Source of the DNA: Acidimicrobiia bacterium
Lineage (GTDB): Bacteria; Actinomycetota; Acidimicrobiia; Spongiisociales; UBA5794
Direction of reading: 5' to 3'
Assembly: GCA_051011415.1 (NCBI GenBank)
Contig: JBPCTY010000123.1
Span: forward strand, 10,750 to 74,749
DNA length: 64,000 nucleotides
Translations under genes and position numbers: made by a program
In this document: piece after piece, positions 29,247-38,232 of the stretch
How the letters are laid out: each line of letters begins with the position of its first letter
Numbering within the stretch: the stretch's first letter is position 1
Notes under the pieces: model-generated
What the model was told of the DNA's origin: nothing
Seen by the model: the letters and a program-made list of their open reading frames with translations, nothing else
The model's database searches: none

Positions 29247-29594
29247 TTACTCCCGCTTCTCCTTGATCCGTGTGGCCTTGCCAACGCGATCACGCAGGTA
29301 GTAGAGCTTCGCCCTACGGACGTCACCACGGCGGATGACCTCGATTTCCTGGATGATTGGCGAGTGCACGGGGAAGATTCGCTCGACGCCGACGCCGAAG
29401 CTCAGCTTTCGCACGGTGAAGGTTGCTCTGGCTCCAGAGCCTCCGCTGCGGGCGATCACAACGCCCTCGAAGACCTGAACTCGCTCACGGCCGCCCTCGA
29501 TAACGCGGACATGCACACGCACGGAATCACCGGATGCAAAATCCGGGATGTCGTCGCGCAGCTGCGCAGCCTCGATCTGTTCGATCGTATTCAC
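29247..29594 (-). CDS. rplS: 50S ribosomal protein L19
   Basis: ORF trimmed to GTG 29594, behind GGAGG. Carries [44 protein letters not shown]. Confidence 0.95.
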   Translation of the reverse strand: MNTIEQIEAAQLRDDIPDFASGDSVRVHVRVIEGGRERVQVFEGVVIARSGGSGARATFTVRKLSFGVGVERIFPVHSPIIQEIEVIRRGDVRRAKLYYLRDRVGKATRIKEKRE

Positions 29595-29667
29595 GGGACC
29601 CTCCGACACATCTGTTGAGGTGGATTCCGGGAGTGTAGAGGACGATGCTTTGTAACCGCCCCACCCG

Positions 29668-30327
29668 TCAACCGAGATCGGGCCGACGATCAGCAGTGCG
29701 CTGTTTACGTTGCTCCGCACGCCATTCGGCGATCCGTCCGTGATCTCCCGACAGCAGGACCTCTGGCACTTCCCATCCCCTGAACGACGCAGGACGTGTG
29801 TATTGCGGTTCCTCGAGCTCAGGTCCTCTGAAGCTCTCATGCTCAGTTGAGTCAGGGTTCCCGACGACCCCCGGCAACAGCCGTGTGACTCCCTCGATGA
29901 CCGCCGCAGCCGCGACCTCTCCCCCGAGGAGCACGAAGTCTCCGAGAGAGACCTCCTCGTCTATGAAGTGGTCGACGACACGTTCGTCGATTCCTTCATA
30001 CCGTCCGCACACCAGGGTGAGGACACCATGAGTAGCCAGCCGATCGAGCGCTGCTTGGTCGAGCGGTGCACCTGCCGGTGTGAAGAACACGCGATGCGTA
30101 TCCGCAAGGGGTTCGAGAGTCTCGGCGAGAGGTTCGACCATCATCACCATTCCGGCACCCCCGCCGTACGGCGCATCGTCGACCTGTCGGTGCACGCCGG
30201 TCGCATGATCCCTGGGATCATGGAACGAGACAGTCAGGGTGCCATCGGCAATCGCCCTACCGACGAGCGATACGCGAAGCGGTGATTCGAAGAACTCCGG
30301 AAAGAGCGTGACGATGTTGATGTGCAT
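29668..30327 (-). CDS. trmD: tRNA (guanine37-N1)-methyltransferase
   Basis: 219 aa. Starts [17 protein letters not shown] and carries [11 protein letters not shown] and [11 protein letters not shown]. Confidence 0.96.
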   Translation of the reverse strand: MHINIVTLFPEFFESPLRVSLVGRAIADGTLTVSFHDPRDHATGVHRQVDDAPYGGGAGMVMMVEPLAETLEPLADTHRVFFTPAGAPLDQAALDRLATHGVLTLVCGRYEGIDERVVDHFIDEEVSLGDFVLLGGEVAAAAVIEGVTRLLPGVVGNPDSTEHESFRGPELEEPQYTRPASFRGWEVPEVLLSGDHGRIAEWRAEQRKQRTADRRPDLG

Positions 30328-30329
30328 TG

Positions 30330-30920
30330 TCAGGCTGGTGCAAGTGCCGCAATAAGGATCTTTGCGGTCTCGTCGGCGATGTCGGACACGTCGCCCGCTG
30401 GGTCCGGCGAATCCATGACGACCTTGCCACCCGTCATCATGATCTGCTCCATCATGCGCCCGGCGAGGCGGGGCGGGATTGGTCTGAACAGACCCTGCTC
30501 CACTCCGCTGCGGTAAATCGCGGCGAACTCGTGGGCAATGCCGCCGTGGGCATCGGCGATGTCGCGTTGGGCATCTGGCGACAGGCGCGGCACCTCGGTG
30601 TGGAGGATCAAGCCCAAGTGGTCGGTCCCGACGAATCTGACCATTTCGGCAGTCAGCTGGAAGAGCCGCTCGTCTGGAGGTAGCTGGTCGTCAACCGACT
30701 CGAGGATCTCCCGAGTCAGCGGTGGCAGGTCACGACGAACGAGTGCGATCAGGATGTCTTCTTTTGAGGAGAAATGCTCGTAGAACGTGGTGCGGCCCAT
30801 ACCTACCGCAGCGGTGATGTCTGCATGTGACATCTGGCCATACCCGAGCTCAGCGATGAGCTGTTTGGCTGCGTCAAGCATCGCATCGTGCGTTTCCGCT
30901 GTGGCTGTTCTCGTGGGCAT
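30330..30920 (-). CDS. TetR/AcrR family transcriptional regulator
   Basis: 196 aa. N-terminal HTH is MLDAAKQLIAELGYGQMSHADITAAVGMGRTTFYEHFSSKEDIL. Its stop codon lies 2 nt from the trmD start codon. Confidence 0.9.
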   Translation of the reverse strand: MPTRTATAETHDAMLDAAKQLIAELGYGQMSHADITAAVGMGRTTFYEHFSSKEDILIALVRRDLPPLTREILESVDDQLPPDERLFQLTAEMVRFVGTDHLGLILHTEVPRLSPDAQRDIADAHGGIAHEFAAIYRSGVEQGLFRPIPPRLAGRMMEQIMMTGGKVVMDSPDPAGDVSDIADETAKILIAALAPA

Positions 30921-30987
30921 CCTGCAAGGCTACCGCACGGTCGATTTCCGACTCCGTGTCGGCGTCCTCCATCGGTACCTTGCACCG

Positions 30988-31923
30988 ATGCTCCGCATCA
31001 GGCTCGCTTCCATGGTTTCGCTCGCCGCAATGGTCCTCGCTGCCTGTGGGTCGGCGGCGACAACGCCCAGCACGACCGTTGCCGCTGATGACGCACGAGC
31101 CACCGCAGATGGCGTCGTTGTGGCTATTGAGGACACATCGCGGATCGTTTCGCTGAACGGAGATCTCACAGAAATCATCTTTGCCCTTGGTGCGGGCGAT
31201 CGAGTCGTCGGAGTGGACCTCACAACGACCTTCCCTCCCGATGCAGTCACGCTTCCGGATGTCGGGCTCGGGCGAGACCTCAACGCTGAGCAGGTCATCG
31301 GTCTTGAACCGACGCTCGTCATCGGAGATGAGCAGGTGCAACCAGAGGCTGCGATCGACCAGATAAGACGTGCGGGGATACCTGTGATCATTCTGCCGAC
31401 GGTTGTCGCCCTCGAGGGCGTACCGCGAAAGATCCACAACGTCGGCACCATCCTTGGGCTCGACGATGAGGCCCACACCCTCGCACTCCAGGTGCAGTCC
31501 GAGATCGACGAGGCTGTCGCACTCGCTTCGCAGGCGACTTCGACGCCGCGGGTCGCCTACATGTACGTTCGGGGACCAGAGACCTTGCTTCTGTTCGGAA
31601 ACGGCATGCCAACACACTTCCTCATCGAGGCTGCCAACGCCGTCGACGCGGCGGGAGAGGTCGGTGTGCTTTTCGCTGAGGACCTGAGTGCAGAACGGTT
31701 GGTGACCGCAAGCCCCGAGATACTGCTCACACCGACCGCTGGTTTCGACATCATCGGGGGCTTGGAGCCATTTCTTGCGCTGCCAGGCGTTGCGGACACG
31801 CCTGCAGGAGCCAACCGCCGGGTGATCGCATACGACGAAGCGCTGCTTCTCGGCATGGGCCCCAGGGTGGGAGCGGCGCTACGTCAACTTGTGATTGACC
31901 TTCATCCAGAGATCGACGGCTAG
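30988..31923 (+). CDS. hmuT: hemin-type ABC transporter substrate-binding lipoprotein (class III periplasmic binding protein)
   Basis: ORF trimmed to ATG 30988. Has a lipobox signal MLRIRLASMVSLAAMVLAAC, and IVSLNGDLTEIIFALGAGDRVVGVD...VGLGRDLNAEQVIGLEPTLVI resembles HmuT/ChuT. Confidence 0.7.
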   Translation: MLRIRLASMVSLAAMVLAACGSAATTPSTTVAADDARATADGVVVAIEDTSRIVSLNGDLTEIIFALGAGDRVVGVDLTTTFPPDAVTLPDVGLGRDLNAEQVIGLEPTLVIGDEQVQPEAAIDQIRRAGIPVIILPTVVALEGVPRKIHNVGTILGLDDEAHTLALQVQSEIDEAVALASQATSTPRVAYMYVRGPETLLLFGNGMPTHFLIEAANAVDAAGEVGVLFAEDLSAERLVTASPEILLTPTAGFDIIGGLEPFLALPGVADTPAGANRRVIAYDEALLLGMGPRVGAALRQLVIDLHPEIDG

Positions 31924-32943
31924 ATGCTTGCCAACCGATCACCCTGGGTTGTGGCTGTCGTCGGTGCAGCGGCAATCGCGGTGGTTGGACTTGTTGCAGC
32001 CGGCGTTGGAAGCATTGCGATCAGTCCGATCGACACGTTGAAGGTTCTTGCTGATCACATGCTGCCGGTCGACATCGAAACATCGCCCGTTGCAGATCCG
32101 ATCATCTGGAACATCCGGCTCCCCCGCATCGCCGCAGCAATCGGCGCTGGTCTTGGCCTCGGACTATCCGGTGTTGCCCTTCAGGGTTTGTTCCGAAACC
32201 CCGTGGCTGATCCACACCTCACCGGCATTTCGTCAGTTGCTTCGATCGGTGTGCTGATCGGGCTACTGCTCGGCTGGTCCCTGTGGGGTCCGGTGGGGGG
32301 TGTGATCGGAGGAGCGGTTGCGGGTGGCATCGGGTCGCTGTTCGTACGAGTCCTCGCCAGAGGTGGAGGAGCTGACTCCTCGCGCCTGATCCTCGTCGGG
32401 CTCGGGTTCGGGATGGCAGTCACGGCAATCGTCGCAACCGCTTCGATCGCGATCCGAGACCCAAGGGTTCCCGATGTCGAGTTCTGGTTCGTTGGAGGGC
32501 TTTCCGGGGCAACGTGGGGAACGGCACTATGGGCGACAACTATTGCGATGCTCGCCCTGGCTGCGTCTCTCCCGGCTGCAAGGTCTCTCGACGTCATGAG
32601 CCTCGGTGACACAGCAGCCAAGAATGTCGGTGTGGATATCAATCGAGTCGTCCCGTTCACGCTGCTGGTGACGGGGCTGGCGGTTGGTGCGGCCGTCGGA
32701 GCATCCGGAGTTGTCGCATTCGTAGGACTCGTTGGGGCATACGTTGCGCGGTGGCTTGTTGGCCCGCATCACAAGCGGCTGCTCATCGGAGGAGCAGTAG
32801 CCGGAGCGGTGTTTCTTGTGACCAGCGATGCGATTGGTCGGTTGATAGGCGGCCGGTTTGACGTACCGGTCGGGCTCGTCACGGCGGCGATCGGTGGTCC
32901 GTTCCTGGTGTGGCTCGTAGCAACGAAGAGGCTGACCCGATGA
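31924..32943 (+). CDS. hmuU: FecCD-family iron/hemin ABC permease
   Basis: 339 aa. Polytopic, with IWNIRLPRIAAAIGAGLGLGLSG and a C-terminal GGPFLVWL motif typical of FecCD/BtuC permeases. Confidence 0.8.
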   Translation: MLANRSPWVVAVVGAAAIAVVGLVAAGVGSIAISPIDTLKVLADHMLPVDIETSPVADPIIWNIRLPRIAAAIGAGLGLGLSGVALQGLFRNPVADPHLTGISSVASIGVLIGLLLGWSLWGPVGGVIGGAVAGGIGSLFVRVLARGGGADSSRLILVGLGFGMAVTAIVATASIAIRDPRVPDVEFWFVGGLSGATWGTALWATTIAMLALAASLPAARSLDVMSLGDTAAKNVGVDINRVVPFTLLVTGLAVGAAVGASGVVAFVGLVGAYVARWLVGPHHKRLLIGGAVAGAVFLVTSDAIGRLIGGRFDVPVGLVTAAIGGPFLVWLVATKRLTR

Positions 32944-33689
32944 GTACGTGCGTCGTCTCTAGCCTTGGCTTCGCCTACGGGGAGTATCCCGTGCTTGGAG
33001 ATGTCTCGTTCTCGGCGGACCCAGGCGAACTCGTCTGCATTGTCGGACCGAATGGTTCTGGCAAGACGACCCTCCTCCACTGCCTCGCTGGCGAGGCTGA
33101 GCCCGTGAGCGGTCAGGTTCTGCTCGACGGGCAAGTGCCGCGAAGCCTTCCGCCGGGAGATAGGGCCGGGTTGCGCTCGTTCCTTGAGCAAACGGACCGA
33201 ACCGACGTCGCCTTCCCGGTGCGCACGGTTGTCGGCTTTGGAACTTTTGCGACCGGAATGCAAACAGCCGATCCGATCGTGGACGAAGCCATGCGTGCCG
33301 TGGAGGTCGATACGATCGCCGATCGACTCACTTCTTCCCTTTCGGGTGGGGAGCGGCGACGTGTGTCTGTCGCCCGCGCCCTGGCACAGCAGGCTCCGGT
33401 GATGATCCTCGACGAACCAACGGACAGCCTCGATCTTGCGCACGGCGACATGGTCATGCGTGAAGCCAGTGCATACGCCGCCGACAGGCGCCTTGTCATC
33501 GCGTCATCCCACGATTTGAACCTCGCCGCAAAGCATGCAGACAAGGTGCTCGTTCTGCACGAAGGGAGCGTTACTGCTTTCGGTGCACCGTCAACGGTGC
33601 TCACAGGCGAGTTGCTCTCCCACGTGTATCGGTGCGAGGTACGGGTGATGCCACACCCCGATGACGGACGGCCACTGATCTTCCTGTAG
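32940..33689 (+). CDS. hmuV: iron/hemin ABC transporter ATP-binding protein
   Basis: ATG 32940 forms an ATGA overlap with the permease stop. Carries Walker A GPNGSGKTT, signature LSGGERRR and Walker B VMILDEP. Confidence 0.85.
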   Translation: MSTCVVSSLGFAYGEYPVLGDVSFSADPGELVCIVGPNGSGKTTLLHCLAGEAEPVSGQVLLDGQVPRSLPPGDRAGLRSFLEQTDRTDVAFPVRTVVGFGTFATGMQTADPIVDEAMRAVEVDTIADRLTSSLSGGERRRVSVARALAQQAPVMILDEPTDSLDLAHGDMVMREASAYAADRRLVIASSHDLNLAAKHADKVLVLHEGSVTAFGAPSTVLTGELLSHVYRCEVRVMPHPDDGRPLIFL

Positions 33690-33711
33690 CCACCCTTCTC
33701 GCAGTCTGCAC

Positions 33712-35583
33712 CTACTCGACGACGATGCCCGATTCGATCGGGTCGTACACGGTGTTGCGACGAACCGGTTGACGGTCGAGGTCGAGGATGAGTTCTCGGA
33801 AGCTCACGGCGGTCACCTCTGTGCCGTGTGAGGCCCCCGCTGCTCGTGAAATCGATTCGTCCATGAGCGTGCCACCAACGTCGTTGCAGCCCGAACGCAA
33901 GAGCCCATCAGCACCCTGCAGCCCAAGCTTCACCCAAGAAGCCTGGATATTGTCGATCAAACCAATAAATGCAAGCCGTGCGACGGCATGGACCAGGATG
34001 ACTTCGTCCCACGTGGGCCCGGGGCGTGACTTGCCTCGAAGCCAGAGAGGCGCCCCCATGTGGACAAACGGAAGCGGTACAAACTCGGTGAAACCGCCGG
34101 TGCGTCGCTGGATGTCCTTGAGAACTTCGATGTGGTTTGCCCAGGAGCGAGGTCCGTCCACATGACCAAACATCATTGTGGATGTCGTGCGCAGACCGAC
34201 GTCGTGTGCGGTGAGCATGACCTCAGCCCACTGGCTTGTCCGAATCTTGTCCGGACACAGCGTGAGCCGCACATCATCATCCAAGATCTCCGCAGCGGTC
34301 CCAGGGAGTGTGCCAAGGCCTGCATCCTTGAGTTCGATCAGCAAGTCGCGAATGGTTCGACCTGAGGTCTCGGCTCCCTGCCAGATCTCAAGCGGTGTGA
34401 AGCCGTGGATGTGCATGCCAGGAACCGCGTTCTTCACGCTCTTCACCACATCGACGTAGAAGTCCCCTGTGAAGTCCGGATGGATCCCCCCTTGCAGGCA
34501 GACCTCTGTAGCCCCACGGTCCCACGCCTCGGCGGATCGCTCGGCCACCTCATCGATCGTCATCAGATATGGCTCGCCGCGAAGGTCGAGAGAACGAGGG
34601 CCCTTGGAGAATGCGCAGAAACCGCACTTGAAATAGCACTGGTTCGTGTAGTTGATGTTGCGATTGACGACGAACGTGACGTCGTCGCCGACCGTCGCCC
34701 TCCGGACGATGTCAGCAGCATCTGCGATTGCTTCGACGTCTGCTCCGTGCGCCCCGAACAGCACCTCAACCTCTTCACGGCTGGGGGCGGTTCCGGCAAT
34801 CGCTCGTTCAAGGATGGGCCGTATGGATGGCGAAGCATCGCTGTGCGTCGCGGGATCCGAATCACGCCACATCGTGTCGGTCCACTGCGCAGAGGTCCTC
34901 ACCTCTGAGTTCGGCGGATCCATGTCCCTTCCCGGGGCCCAGATATCACGCGGTCTGGCCCAACCCGAACCATCGATCTGATTGAGGTATGCGGAAAGTG
35001 CACCGCCATCGAGACTGGCCGACGCAGTGTCGAAGTCGATCCCGAGCGGAAACGCGGTTCTCTCTGCAAGCTGAACGTCACCAAGGGCATCGCGAAGCTC
35101 ACCGATCAGGTCGGTATCCCAGTCTCGGAGGACAAGGTCAGCTGCCCCGTTATCGACGGCTGCAAGTGCGTCTGCAACTGTGTCCACCATTGTTGACACC
35201 TTCGTATCAAGGCCGGGGAGATCGACCATCGAGACGGCTGCTGCGACGCTGCTCCGACCCGTGCGGAGATACGCGGCTCGCGTGAACGCGACAGCATCGA
35301 TGACATCCATGGGAGTGCCGTCGTCGGTGATGGTGATTCTCCATCCAGCAACTCCCCCACTACTGAGTTTTCCTACGGCGGCTGGAGTTACCGCGTACGC
35401 GGGCGCTTCGACGCTGTGGTCGCCTGAGACAATCATCAGACCACCCTTGAGCGCTCCCTCGACATCATCAGGGGTCGGTGAGGCGACCTCAACGGCGAGG
35501 GTGCCCTCCTTGCGCCGAGTCGATGCCCAAATCTCGTTCACCGTGTCGGCAGGTCTGAGCTGAAGGAACGTGATCTGCTTCAT
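33712..35583 (-). CDS. cofH: FO synthase subunit 2 (CofH, radical SAM) with ~250-aa N-terminal extension
   Basis: 623 aa. Carries VGDDVTFVVNRNINYTNQCYFKCGFCAF (CxxxCxxC) and a C-terminal half typical of the CofH/FbiC C-domain (GGFTEFVPLPFVH, NDVGGTLMDESISRAAG). I do not recognise the first ~250 aa. Confidence 0.85.
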   Translation of the reverse strand: MKQITFLQLRPADTVNEIWASTRRKEGTLAVEVASPTPDDVEGALKGGLMIVSGDHSVEAPAYAVTPAAVGKLSSGGVAGWRITITDDGTPMDVIDAVAFTRAAYLRTGRSSVAAAVSMVDLPGLDTKVSTMVDTVADALAAVDNGAADLVLRDWDTDLIGELRDALGDVQLAERTAFPLGIDFDTASASLDGGALSAYLNQIDGSGWARPRDIWAPGRDMDPPNSEVRTSAQWTDTMWRDSDPATHSDASPSIRPILERAIAGTAPSREEVEVLFGAHGADVEAIADAADIVRRATVGDDVTFVVNRNINYTNQCYFKCGFCAFSKGPRSLDLRGEPYLMTIDEVAERSAEAWDRGATEVCLQGGIHPDFTGDFYVDVVKSVKNAVPGMHIHGFTPLEIWQGAETSGRTIRDLLIELKDAGLGTLPGTAAEILDDDVRLTLCPDKIRTSQWAEVMLTAHDVGLRTTSTMMFGHVDGPRSWANHIEVLKDIQRRTGGFTEFVPLPFVHMGAPLWLRGKSRPGPTWDEVILVHAVARLAFIGLIDNIQASWVKLGLQGADGLLRSGCNDVGGTLMDESISRAAGASHGTEVTAVSFRELILDLDRQPVRRNTVYDPIESGIVVE

Positions 35584-36716
35584 GTCGGCACCGTCTCCGG
35601 AATGTCTGCATACCCACGCGCATCACTGCGATCCAGGAGATCTGGGCGCATATTCGGGTCAATCCACTTCTCGCTGAGATACTCGGGGTACACGGGGAGT
35701 CGAGGCACCAATGAGAATCCCTGCGATTCCGTCACGGACCTGAGCGTGTCGAGGTGCGGCCAGGGAGCCTCTGGGTTCACCCAGTCGATCGTCACGGGGC
35801 TCACACCACCCCAGTCATTGATCCCCGCGTCGAGGTACACGCCGAAGTCCTCTGTGAGATTTGGAGGAACCTGGATGTTGGCCTCCGGTCCGAGGATCCA
35901 CCGAGCCGCAGCGACAACCTTCACAAAGTAGGAGATCTCGGGCTCGGGCGCATTCCGCATTCTTGTGTGGATCTTCGCCCTGAAGTTCTGGATGATGAAC
36001 TCTTGGATATGGCCGGATTCCGTTGCGAGGTCTGCCAGCGCAAACAGGCTGTCGACGACCTCATCTGGAGTCTCCCCGATGCCGACGAGGATTCCGCTCG
36101 TAAACGGAACGTTGAGGTCACCTGCCGCCCGAATCGTCGCGACGCGCACGTCGGGATCCTTGTCCGGACAGTTGTGATGCGGCATCCCTGGTTCGAGAAG
36201 CCTGGGTGAGATGTTCTCCAGCATCAGACCCATTGATGGGCTCACCGGACGCAGCAGCGCAATGTCTTCATGCGTCAGGTTGCCTGGGTTTGCGTGCGGG
36301 AAGAGCCCGGTTTCGCTCCTGATCAACTCCGCCATCTCTGCGACGTAGTCGATCGTCGTCGCGCAGCCCTGTGCGTCGAGGAATTGTTGGGCCTGGGGCC
36401 ACTTGTCTTCTGGTTTATCTCCCAGGGTCAACAGGGCTTCCGTGCAATCGAAGGTGTCGCCCGCACGCACGATGGCCAGTACGTCTTCGGGCGAAAGGTA
36501 CTCCCCACCTCCGCCGGGCGGTTTGACGAACGTGCAATACGTGCAGGTGTCCCTGCACAGTGTCGTGATCGGAACGAACACCTTGCGCGAGTATGTGATG
36601 GTCCGTCCGTGGGCCTCGTCCCGAAGCCGCGCAGCCTCGGCCATGAGCGGGGCGGCATCGCGCGCACCCGTCAGGAACTCAATGGCAAGCCCGCGGTCGG
36701 GTGAGGGAAATGGCAT
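35580..36716 (-). CDS. cofG: FO synthase subunit 1 (CofG, radical SAM)
   Basis: 378 aa. Carries TYSRKVFVPITTLCRDTCTYCTF and GHIQEFIIQNFRAK, as in the CofG/FbiC N-domain. ATGA overlap with cofH. Confidence 0.88.
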   Translation of the reverse strand: MPFPSPDRGLAIEFLTGARDAAPLMAEAARLRDEAHGRTITYSRKVFVPITTLCRDTCTYCTFVKPPGGGGEYLSPEDVLAIVRAGDTFDCTEALLTLGDKPEDKWPQAQQFLDAQGCATTIDYVAEMAELIRSETGLFPHANPGNLTHEDIALLRPVSPSMGLMLENISPRLLEPGMPHHNCPDKDPDVRVATIRAAGDLNVPFTSGILVGIGETPDEVVDSLFALADLATESGHIQEFIIQNFRAKIHTRMRNAPEPEISYFVKVVAAARWILGPEANIQVPPNLTEDFGVYLDAGINDWGGVSPVTIDWVNPEAPWPHLDTLRSVTESQGFSLVPRLPVYPEYLSEKWIDPNMRPDLLDRSDARGYADIPETVPT

Positions 36717-36766
36717 GCGGAGAAGCTATCACTTGTAGGAATCCTCGGTGACGCGGTCACACGTCG

Positions 36767-38161
36767 TTAGGTCGAGGCGACCTCGGTCGGTAGCCCCTCG
36801 GCGTCGGGAATCTCGGTCTCAAGATTCCGCAACGGGCCATACAGATATGCGAGGCCGCTCATCACAATGGTGTAAACGCCGATCGCCGCAAACATCGCCG
36901 CATATCCTGCTCTCTCGCCAGTGCCGAACAGACCCTGCGCCCACTCACCCAGGTCGCTGTCGCCGGACAGCAGGGGCACGAACACCTTGTCCGCGAGCGG
37001 ACCGGCAATTGCGAGCGCCAGCGGTTGGGTTCCTTGTGCGATGAGGGACCGCACACCAAACACACGACCCTGCACATCTGGTTCGACCTTTGACATCCAA
37101 ATCGATTGGCTCATGGCAGTTGCAATCGGCACGACAAACATCCCGATCCAAAGTGTTCCAACGATGACGACGATCCACGTAGAGAAACCAATGACCAGCA
37201 GCATCGCTCCCAGAACCACCGTGGACAGCATGATGCCTGCGACCCTTCGGGAGGTGACCTTGCGCGCAGACGCCACGATCGATCCAACCAGCATGCCGGT
37301 GGCACCGAGTGACAGCACCGTCCCCATCGTCGCCTCGGACGCCCACGACAACATGTAGGCGATGAACACTGGCGAGATCAGCCCGAAGGTGAGGTTGAGC
37401 ATCGCAAAGAAGATCAGCAAGGCGAACAACCCGTGCCGGTGCCACAGGTACGTGAATCCGAACGCCGACTCCTTCCAGATGCTGCCCTTGGACGCCTCGC
37501 CCACTTCGGACTTCGGGGGCTTTGGAAATCGCACGATGGCCAGCGTGAAAACTGCAAAGAGGAATGTGGCCACATCGACGGCAAGCAAGGTTGCCACGCC
37601 ACCGAACGCGATGAGCACGCCACCGAGAAACGGGGCCACGAGTTGCCCGGCTGCTTCGGCCATCTGGACCATGCCTGAGGCCTGGGAATAGCGCTCCTTG
37701 GGCACCAGCATCGTGGTTGCGGCTTGGTAAGCCGGCCACTGGAACGCCTGGAACGCGCTGGCGAAGGCTCCGACGACAACCAGCACACCGAGTGAAGCGG
37801 TGCCGGTCATGAACGCGACAACGATGACCAGTGTGCCGACACCCGTCAGCGCGTCCGCTCCGAGCATGACCCAGCGTCGGTCCCAGCGGTCGACATAGGC
37901 ACCCGCAATCGGCGAGAGGAGGATCCGCGGCAGCGTCGAAGCCAAGAGCATCACCGAAAGCGCTGTCACTGATCCCGTCTCGAGGAAGACCCAGACGGAC
38001 AGGCCGAACCACGTCAGCGAGCTCCCGATCAGAGAGACCAGCTGGCCGGACCAAACGATCAGGAAGGTCCGAAAATGGCCTTCATCGTTGCTGGTAGGTG
38101 CATCTGTGGCTGGAGAAATATCGGGCTCGGCCGTGTGTTGGGATTCGGTCATGACGCACAT
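36767..38161 (-). CDS. MFS transporter (EntS/DUF894-like exporter type)
   Basis: About 12 TM segments, with GAYVDRWDRRWVM after TM2. The start is uncertain: ATG 38161, ATG 38152 or TTG 38188. Confidence 0.8.
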   Translation of the reverse strand: MCVMTESQHTAEPDISPATDAPTSNDEGHFRTFLIVWSGQLVSLIGSSLTWFGLSVWVFLETGSVTALSVMLLASTLPRILLSPIAGAYVDRWDRRWVMLGADALTGVGTLVIVVAFMTGTASLGVLVVVGAFASAFQAFQWPAYQAATTMLVPKERYSQASGMVQMAEAAGQLVAPFLGGVLIAFGGVATLLAVDVATFLFAVFTLAIVRFPKPPKSEVGEASKGSIWKESAFGFTYLWHRHGLFALLIFFAMLNLTFGLISPVFIAYMLSWASEATMGTVLSLGATGMLVGSIVASARKVTSRRVAGIMLSTVVLGAMLLVIGFSTWIVVIVGTLWIGMFVVPIATAMSQSIWMSKVEPDVQGRVFGVRSLIAQGTQPLALAIAGPLADKVFVPLLSGDSDLGEWAQGLFGTGERAGYAAMFAAIGVYTIVMSGLAYLYGPLRNLETEIPDAEGLPTEVAST

Positions 38162-38162
38162 T

Positions 38163-38178
38163 GTCGGGATTTCCCGAC
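38163..38178. promoter_or_regulatory. perfect 16-bp palindrome gtcggga-tt-tcccgac in the MFS / lipoprotein divergent region
   Basis: Read directly. It has 7-bp arms and a 2-nt spacer. It lies 1 nt upstream of ATG 38161 of the MFS gene and 55 nt upstream of the lipoprotein ATG. Confidence 0.4.
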
Positions 38179-38232
38179 CATATGTCAAATCCTGAACGGA
38201 GATGATGCCTCCGCATCGGTACAGTCACCGTC

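Noticed and set aside
30925-30982. Candidate TetR operator: caaggctaccg ... cggtaccttg at the two ends of the tetR/hmuT intergenic region
   Set aside because: The repeat is imperfect (one-base indel) and its arms are ~37 nt apart, unlike compact TetR dyads. It is too weak to call from sequence alone.
36945-38054. 369-aa minus-strand ORF in an alternative frame of the MFS gene
   Set aside because: It is on the same strand but out of frame with an ORF that shows about 12 hydrophobic TM segments and an MFS loop motif. The alternative frame is Arg/Gly/Cys-rich and implausible.
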